From: Calditrichia bacterium
Lineage (GTDB): Bacteria; Calditrichota; Calditrichia; JAJRVZ01
DNA length: 64,000 nucleotides
Reading direction: 5' to 3'
Assembly (NCBI GenBank): GCA_963796965.1
Contig: CAWCNS010000006.1
Coordinates: forward strand, 32,001 to 96,000
Position numbers and translations under genes: made by a program. Below, piece by piece: positions 54,879-61,176 of the stretch (positions within the stretch are counted from its first letter, which is position 1; every line of letters begins with the position of its first letter). The notes beneath the pieces were generated by a model. It saw nothing but the letters and a program-made list of their open reading frames with translations, did not search any database and was not told the DNA's origin.

Positions 54879-55343
54879 ATGAGCAATATCATGGATAGAA
54901 AGAGTCATTGGCCAATCGTCATCTCCATTATTTATATATCATTTATGTCCGTATTTATTGGAATTGTTATATTCTCAACCTTTAATAAAGTTGATCTTGT
55001 TACAGAAGATTATTATGAGCAAGAAATAAAATACCAGCAACAGATAGACAGGATTAGCCGGACAAATTCACTATCTGTCCCAGTAAATTGGTATTATGAT
55101 AAAAACAAAAGACAAATAAAAATCCAGTTCCCTGAAGAAATAAATTTTAAGGATGTTGAGGGAAATATACTCTTTTTTAGACCCTCTGATGCTAAACAAG
55201 ATAAGGTTATAGCCCTGCGCTTATCTTCAGAAAATAGTCAAACCATCAGTACCCAACATCTTGTTCCAGGTCTTTGGAAACTAAAAATCTTCTGGCAGGT
55301 AATGCAAACTGAATTTTATACGGAAGGGACTTTGATAATTTAA
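54879..55343 (+). CDS. ccoH: CcoH/FixH protein
   Basis: N-terminal TM, DLVTEDYYEQEIKYQ, FRPSD, GLWKL. Confidence 0.88.
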   Translation: MSNIMDRKSHWPIVISIIYISFMSVFIGIVIFSTFNKVDLVTEDYYEQEIKYQQQIDRISRTNSLSVPVNWYYDKNKRQIKIQFPEEINFKDVEGNILFFRPSDAKQDKVIALRLSSENSQTISTQHLVPGLWKLKIFWQVMQTEFYTEGTLII

Positions 55344-55744
55344 TGAATACACCTATCGCGCCTGATCCTTTTAAACAGTGTTCCTATTGTAATATAGTCT
55401 GGTCAACCAGAGATGAGTTTCTGAGTGATAGTGCTATCCGATTAATTGGATATCAACCACATTATAAAAATATGGAAGAGGGATTGTTTTTATTTAATCA
55501 TCTTGATTGTAATTCAACATTGTCAATTATAAGTCAGAAATTTAGAGATTTGTATACAGGACCGCTATACACAAGCAGCAAACTCGATGATGAACAATTG
55601 AATTATGATGATTGTCCTGATTTTTGTCTTTTTAAAAACAAAATGAAAGGATGTCTGCAACAATGTGAACGTGCGTTTGTCAGTGAAATTATCCAGGTCC
55701 TCTCCATGTGGGGAAAAGAAAAGAAAGTGGAGGGTGAAGAGTAG
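55343..55744 (+). CDS. Cys-rich hypothetical protein
   Basis: FKQCSYC...FNHLDC...CPDFC...CLQQCE; TAATG overlap with ccoH. Confidence 0.75.
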   Translation: MNTPIAPDPFKQCSYCNIVWSTRDEFLSDSAIRLIGYQPHYKNMEEGLFLFNHLDCNSTLSIISQKFRDLYTGPLYTSSKLDDEQLNYDDCPDFCLFKNKMKGCLQQCERAFVSEIIQVLSMWGKEKKVEGEE

Positions 55745-55751
55745 CGGTTAA

Positions 55752-55814
55752 CGGGATTCGGGATTCGGGATTCGGGATTCGGGATTCGGGATTCGGGATT
55801 CGGGATTCGGGATT
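55752..55814. repeat. Perfect heptamer tandem repeat (CGGGATT)x9
   Basis: 63 nt, nine exact copies. Confidence 0.97.
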
Positions 55815-55889
55815 AAAAAAAATTTTTGCGTTTATAGCTTCTTGTCAAATGTTTATTTTTATCTCGTATCGCGCATCTCATATCTCGAA

Positions 55890-56120
55890 TTAAATATCTT
55901 TAAACAAATCCTCTAATATAGCTCTTCCTTTTTCTTCATCTTTTTTCATCACATAAATATCTGCCAAACCTTTTTGCCCTATAAATAATCCGTCATATGC
56001 CGTATCGTAATTACTTCTAATTTGTACTTCAATTCCCGCATTTTTGAAGGTCTCTTCAAGAAGAGGCATTAGAGTCTCATCTTTTTTGTCCAGAGTGAAT
56101 ATTTTAACGGTATCTTCCAA
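55890..56120 (-). CDS. DUF2007-like small protein
   Basis: AGIEVQIRSNYDTAYDGLF...IYV...EEKGRAIL; TTG start with GGAGG. Confidence 0.72.
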   Translation of the reverse strand: MEDTVKIFTLDKKDETLMPLLEETFKNAGIEVQIRSNYDTAYDGLFIGQKGLADIYVMKKDEEKGRAILEDLFKDI

Positions 56121-56245
56121 TTTTCCTCCTTCGCATAGGCCTGATCATCATCGACTAAATATTACCACCAAATGTTCTGCATCGCAACTCCTAATGTAAA
56201 ATATAAAGATTAACTACTATGGATAATTTTTATTTCATGATTCAT

Positions 56246-56274
56246 GGAATAATCTTATTTTACCCTTGTCTAAC
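56246..56274 (+). promoter_or_regulatory. Putative ECF sigma promoter (autoregulatory)
   Basis: GGAATAA-N11-CCTTGTCTAAC, 28 nt before the sigma ATG; same motif at 58361. Confidence 0.72.
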
Positions 56275-56301
56275 TGTTTGAATGTCAAAAAAAGCGAAAT
56301 T

Positions 56302-56851
56302 ATGGAAGATGCGCAGATTCTGCAGGATATAAAATCCGGAAACACCGATCTGTATAAACAGCTGAATTTTAAAATATGAATCTTTAGTTGCTGGTACAGT
56401 AATCGGAATGATCGGAAATTGCTCTGAGGCAGAGGATATAGGCCAGGAAGTATTTATCCGTTTCTACAAAGCAATAAATAACTTCCGTGGCGATTCTTCT
56501 GTTGGAACATATCTAACGCGCATTGCAATAAATTTATCAATCAACGAGATCAAACGACGCAAGCGGAAAAATCTATTTTTCAAGCCCAATAATGAACAAA
56601 TTCTGGATATCGTTGATACTGAGAGTAAAAGTGACTACGATGATTCCAGAGAGATGGTACAAAAAGCGATTCAAAAATTAGAACCAAAATTCCGTTCCGT
56701 TATTGTTTTGCGTCTGATAGATGGCTATTCAACGGATGAAACGGCAAAAACATTGAATATTCCTCTGGGTACAGTCCTTTCCAGGCTTTCCCGGGGACAA
56801 CAAAAACTTAAAGAATTACTTTCACCATTAATGGAGATAAACAATGGATGA
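56302..56851 (+). CDS. ECF RNA polymerase sigma factor (+1 frameshift near 56364)
   Basis: AEDIGQEVF, FRGDSSVGTYLTRIAIN, GYSTDETAKTLNIPLGTVLSRLSRG; N-terminus MEDAQILQDIKSGN. Confidence 0.9.
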
Positions 56852-57272
56852 AAAGATTAAAGAATTGTTATACCGTTCTTTTGACGAAACATTAAAACCT
56901 GAGGATAGCGAGAAACTTGAGCAAGCTTTGGCAAGTTCTGATGAGCTCCTAAAGGAAAAACAAGAAATCGCCAATCTCAGGGGTCAGTTATATGAAACCA
57001 AGTCAACACAATTTAAGCCATTCTTTGCAGAGCGTGTCCTAACCAAGATACACGCATCTATCAATAGCAAAGAAGAGGACACATTCTTTGATTCCCTATT
57101 TGTTCTATTTAGACCGGTAGCAATTGCAGCTGCTGTTTTAATAATTATCTTTGCCGGATATAATGTTACCGCTTCCGGGCAAATCTCTCTGGAAGGAGCA
57201 TTAGCTATACCTGAGGTAACCCTGGATGACGCTTATGATACCTCATTAGCAGTGGTGATGGAGGAGGAATGA
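56844..57272 (+). CDS. Putative single-pass anti-sigma factor
   Basis: Overlaps sigma stop; helical N-terminus, PFFAERV, one TM. Confidence 0.72.
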   Translation: MDEKIKELLYRSFDETLKPEDSEKLEQALASSDELLKEKQEIANLRGQLYETKSTQFKPFFAERVLTKIHASINSKEEDTFFDSLFVLFRPVAIAAAVLIIIFAGYNVTASGQISLEGALAIPEVTLDDAYDTSLAVVMEEE

Positions 57273-57676
57273 TGAACACAAAAACAAAATCAACAGTTGT
57301 TCTTATTGGTGTACTTTTTATTGGAATTATCATCGGAGCACTGGGTAGTTCCGCGCTGAGGCGAAATATGTGGGAAGATAGAATCGCAAAATTCCGTTCG
57401 CCTCAGGGGTTTACAGAAAGATTTATAAAAATAATTGAGCCAGATCCACAGCAGGAAGAAGCGATTCAAGAGATTTTACTCAAACATCATGATAAAATGT
57501 TTACGATGACCGAGAGATCACGCCAGAGGATGAAAAGTCATGCCGACTCCTTACTCATCGAACTAGAACCATTTCTAACTACGGAACAGATGGAACGCGC
57601 CAAAAAAATATTGCGGAGAGGCCCCAGACCTTTTAGCCCAAGACACGATCGCCGGAAAGAGAGAGAGGAAGAATAG
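57269..57676 (+). CDS. Membrane-anchored Spy/CpxP-like helical periplasmic protein
   Basis: N-terminal TM; DPQQEEAIQEIL and FLTTEQ (LTxxQ-like) motifs; Arg/Pro-rich tail. Confidence 0.6.
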   Translation: MMNTKTKSTVVLIGVLFIGIIIGALGSSALRRNMWEDRIAKFRSPQGFTERFIKIIEPDPQQEEAIQEILLKHHDKMFTMTERSRQRMKSHADSLLIELEPFLTTEQMERAKKILRRGPRPFSPRHDRRKEREEE

Positions 57677-57680
57677 AGAC

Positions 57681-57770
57681 CAATAATCAATATTCAAGTA
57701 TTAGAAGATTTTTATGTTCGAATTTACTATTGTTGTTCGGTTGGATATTCGCTGTTGAATATTCGATATT
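57681..57770. repeat. Heptamer inverted-repeat element, copy 1 (empty)
   Basis: Left CAATAAT CAATATT CAAGTA; right TTCGGTTGGATATTCGCTGTTGAATATTCGATATT. Confidence 0.75.
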
Positions 57771-57790
57771 TTTATCTTGATGACAGGTTA

Positions 57791-58262
57791 AAATATCCAA
57801 TAATCATCAGAGAATTTCGAATGATCAAATACACTATTACTCATTTATGACTTTTAAGATGTTTCCTCGCTGTCTCTATAGAACAATATATTATAGATAT
57901 TAATTCTTCATTTTCAGATAGAATTGGTAGGAGTTTTGATTTCGGTGTAATCAATTCTGTTCTAATTATTATAATCAGCCAAACTTTGGTTTCCCTCAAT
58001 TCCTTCAGAGACTATTTTAAGTTTGTGAATAAAATCAGATATTGACTCTGCTCCCTGCGCTTCACCATGATTTGGAGCAGGAGAAGTGCCACTTCTTAAT
58101 ATTTGATTCTGAATTTGCTTACCAGTTTTTGAATTCGGTAATGATTCTGCAACTTTTATAATTCTATCCTGGAGATCAAATTTCTGCAAACTCACCTTTA
58201 TTCCTCTCTTAATAAATACAGAACTTTTTCTGTTGGATATTCAGCGGTGGATATTGGATATT
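57791..58262. mobile_element. Cassette-like unit: heptamer left arm, four-helix-bundle gene, right arm
   Basis: Left arm 57791-57831 and right arm 58228-58262 are mutually inverted and closely bracket the gene; mobility is inferred only. Confidence 0.45.
57841..58195 (-). CDS. Four helix bundle protein (TIGR02436 / 23S rRNA IVP-like), +1 frameshift at 58011
   Basis: QILRSGTSPAPNHGEAQGAES..DFIHKLKIALKELRETKVWL...ENEELISI after repair; opposite strand to neighbours. Confidence 0.87.
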
Positions 58263-58282
58263 TAATTCTTAACCCTATACTC

Positions 58283-58322
58283 AAATATCCAAGTTCAACA
58301 GTAAATATCCAAGTATCAAGTA
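58283..58322. repeat. Heptamer element left arm without clear partner
   Basis: AAATATCCAAGTTCAACAGTAAATATCCAAGTATCAAGTA. Confidence 0.7.
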
Positions 58323-58344
58323 TCTACTTACTGGAATATTCATG

Positions 58345-58359
58345 GCAATTCTCATGCCA
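58345..58359 (-). promoter_or_regulatory. Possible sigma54 -24/-12 promoter facing the four-helix-bundle gene
   Basis: Minus strand TGGCATGAGAATTGC versus consensus TGGCACG-N4-TTGC. Confidence 0.4.
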
Positions 58360-58360
58360 G

Positions 58361-58389
58361 GGAATAAAATTTTGCCTTCCTTGTCTAAC
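58361..58389 (+). promoter_or_regulatory. Putative ECF sigma promoter, second copy
   Basis: GGAATAA-N11-CCTTGTCTAAC, 22 nt before ATG 58411. Confidence 0.72.
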
Positions 58390-58410
58390 GCGATAAAGAC
58401 AGGAGAAAAC

Positions 58411-58644
58411 ATGGCCAATACATCAAATCAGAATAATAATCATATCACAACCGATGATCTTGCTTTTTCAGCCTATCTGAAAATGCAAGGTTATCCACTC
58501 ATCAAATCAAATAATATGCAATCAAAAAAGATTTTTGTGTTTAATATTGAAAAAAGTAAAGCGGACGCGCTGAAACTTGAATTCATAAACAGTGAATTTC
58601 TGAATTTTTATAATGAGTTAAGAAACATCAAGAAGATTTTGTGA
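58411..58644 (+). CDS. Small DUF5659-like protein
   Basis: AGGAG RBS; TTDDLAFSAYLKMQGYPL...FVF...FYNELRNIK. Confidence 0.65.
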   Translation: MANTSNQNNNHITTDDLAFSAYLKMQGYPLIKSNNMQSKKIFVFNIEKSKADALKLEFINSEFLNFYNELRNIKKIL

Positions 58645-58658
58645 TTAAGGAGATTGAA

Positions 58659-59961
58659 ATGAAAGTAACTATAAGAATATTTATGGTAGTTTTAGACTGC
58701 ATTTTTATTTACAGTATTAATAAACCTCGACGGATTATATGCGGATGGTCCCAGGAATGGTCAACAACCATTTAAATTTATGGAGCAATTAAATGATGAC
58801 CAAAAAGAAGAGGTCAAAACTATGATCTCTGAATTGAAAGAGGATGGTGCAACCAGGATGGAAATTCGAGATGCCGTTAGAGAAAAAATGCAAGAATATG
58901 GAATTGAATTGCCCGAAAGAAGTGAAAGAGGGCGAAGAGGTCCCAATGGCCCTGGTTTGGACATGATATCTGATCAACTTACTGAAGAACAGAGAACTGC
59001 GATAAAAGATAAAATCGAATCCATGCGGGAAGAGGGAGCCGATAGGAAAGAAATCCAAAAAGAAGTTCACGCCATGCTGGAAAGCTACGGTGTTGAAGTT
59101 CCGGAGCATGCTTTTAGAGGACCTCGGGGTGGCAGGCAGCCTGGCTGGAAATTCCTGGCAAAAGATCTTTCCGATGAGCAAAAAACTGCTATAAAAGATA
59201 AAGTAGAGTCAATGAAAGAAGAAGGTGCTGATCGGAAAGAAATACATGAGGAAGTTCGCAAGATGTTAGAAGGCTTCGGTGTAGAAGTACCCGATCACTT
59301 TGGGGACAGACCGCCTCGTGGTATGCGACATGGCTGGAAATTCTTTGGCGCTGATCTTTCCAATGAGCAAAAACAGGCTATCAAAGAAGAAGTAAAATCC
59401 ATGCGGGAAAGCGATGCCAGCAGAGAAGAGATCCATGAAGCTGTTACTCAAATGCTAAAAGATTATGGGATTGAAATACCAAAGGATCTTGAGAAACACA
59501 GGACGATGATGAAAAATCTCAACGAAGACCAGAGGAAAGAAGTACGGAAAACTGTCCAGACGATGAGGAAGGATGGGGCATCACGAGACGAAATTCATGA
59601 TGCAGTGCAGCAACTTCTCAAAGAGTATGGTATTGATCCCAACAATCTTGAAGAAGATTCTAATCCAGATGTAAATAATTCTGAGAATGGCCTGAGCATT
59701 CAAAATTTTCCCAATCCATTCAATCCTGAGACCAATATTCAATACAATTTGCATTCAGATAGTGAAGTGAATATTCAAATCTTTGATGTTCAGGGTAAAC
59801 GGGTGCGATCGCTGGTAAATGAACATCAATCAGCCGGCAGCCATACCTTACGCTGGGATGGATTAAGTGATAACGGCAACCACGTACCCTCAGGTGTGTA
59901 CTTTTTAAGATTATCCACAGGCAGTGAAACGGTAAGTACACGAATTGTAATGACCAAATAA
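58659..59961 (+). CDS. Secreted five-repeat helical protein with C-terminal PNPF (FlgD-Ig/secretion-tail) domain (+1 frameshift near 58696)
   Basis: AAGGAG RBS, signal peptide; five ~45-aa repeats LxxEQKxAIKxxVxSMREEGAxRxEIHxxVxxMLxxYGIExP; QNFPNPFNPET...WDG...VPSGVYF. Confidence 0.85.
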
Positions 59962-59971
59962 TTAGTCAATT

Positions 59972-60003
59972 GTAGGGGCAGACCCACGTGTCTGCCCTTT
60001 TTT
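59972..60003 (+). terminator. GTAG-type REP-like hairpin that also forms an intrinsic terminator
   Basis: GTAG GGGCAGAC CCACGT GTCTGCCC TTTTTT. Confidence 0.7.
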
Positions 60004-60005
60004 CT

Positions 60006-60105
60006 AAATAATCAATATTCAACACCCAATATTCAATAATCAAGTACTTCTTCGGTTGGGTGTTCCTTGTTGTCCGAAGGACTCCTCTGGAGGATATTGG
60101 ATATT
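60006..60105. repeat. Heptamer inverted-repeat element (empty) with a 20-bp insertion in the right arm
   Basis: AAATAAT CAATATT CAACACC CAATATT CAATAAT CAAGTA...TTCGGTTGGGTGTTCCTTGTTG[20 nt]GATATTGGATATT. Confidence 0.8.
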
Positions 60106-60173
60106 TAAATCCTGTAAATATTCATTGCCGTACATTTTGCTAACGTGTTTTTGTTTTTGGAAGGGAAAAGCGA

Positions 60174-61010
60174 ATGAGAATTTTTAAGCCATATGGGTAT
60201 ATTTTAATTTTAATGCTGTCTACCTTTTGGGGATGTGGTGAAACAATAGAGAGCACCTGGAAAGACCAACCAATCCTCGTTGATGGCAAAGGGGATGAAT
60301 GGAGTAATTATCCTCTTCAATATAATGAAGACCTAAATATTGTCTATGGTATTGTAAACAATGATAGCGCCTTGTATTGCATGATTCGTTTCAATGACCA
60401 GCAATTAGCCAGAATGATGGCCGTACGTGGGTTTACTTTATGGGTAAATGAATCAGATGACGAAAAAAAATTATTGGGCATCCACTATCGGGATGAGAAC
60501 CTGCGTGAAGACCTCGTTAAAATGTTTCGATCTGGCAGTCAGCGACAGCAAAGAGAACAGAAAGATCCCTCTCAGCAAGTGATCTACCCAAAAGGCCGAT
60601 TTATACTCGCCTATAATGACTCAATATCCGATATCGATTTAAATAATATTTATGGAATGAACGCCTCGGCTGGCCTTGATGGGGGTTTATATTGCTACGA
60701 ATTCAATATTTCTATAAAGGAAAGTCCAAAAATTGCGCATTATCTTGACGTAACTACCGGAGAATCAATCAAAATTGGAATGGAAATCGCCGCTGTCAGC
60801 GAGGAAGATCAGGAAAAACTCAAAAAAGAAATGGAAAAGAACCGTGAATCCATGGGTAGCGGACGTGGTGGCGGCAGAGGCGGTGGTATGCGTAGTGGTG
60901 GTGGAAAAGCTGGTGGCCGTGGTGGTGGCGGCATGCGGGGAGGCGGTCAGCAAATGCCTGATATGGATGGAGAAGAAATGTGGGTTACGGTAAAGCTGGC
61001 CCAGGATTAA
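60174..61010 (+). CDS. Hypothetical lipoprotein with Gly/Arg-rich low-complexity segment
   Basis: Lipobox-like FWGC; VDGKGDEW; RGGGRGGGMRSGGG tail. Confidence 0.78.
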   Translation: MRIFKPYGYILILMLSTFWGCGETIESTWKDQPILVDGKGDEWSNYPLQYNEDLNIVYGIVNNDSALYCMIRFNDQQLARMMAVRGFTLWVNESDDEKKLLGIHYRDENLREDLVKMFRSGSQRQQREQKDPSQQVIYPKGRFILAYNDSISDIDLNNIYGMNASAGLDGGLYCYEFNISIKESPKIAHYLDVTTGESIKIGMEIAAVSEEDQEKLKKEMEKNRESMGSGRGGGRGGGMRSGGGKAGGRGGGGMRGGGQQMPDMDGEEMWVTVKLAQD

Positions 61011-61080
61011 ATATTCAATTTTCAAGTATTTGAAAATTGTACATTCGCTGTTGGATATTGGATATTGATTATTGAATATT
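61009..61080. repeat. Heptamer inverted-repeat element (empty)
   Basis: AAATATT CAATTTT CAAGTA...ATTCGCTGTTGGATATTGGATATTGATTATTGAATATT. Confidence 0.78.
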
Positions 61081-61176
61081 CTTCCTTCCCAATGCATCTC
61101 CCTGCAAAAAATTTCGTATATTTACCCTGCATATTATTACCAGGTAAACCATATCGAATAGAACGGAGCTTATTTT

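Noticed and set aside
55752..55814. CRISPR array
   Set aside because: Pure 7-bp tandem repeat, no spacers, no cas genes
57841..58195. 23S rRNA intervening sequence or DGR Avd gene
   Set aside because: No rRNA sequence flanks it; no reverse transcriptase or TR/VR pair in the window
57681..61080. CRISPR array or integron attC array
   Set aside because: Arms are inverted, degenerate and irregularly spaced; no integrase and no clear RYYYAAC/GTTRRRY cores
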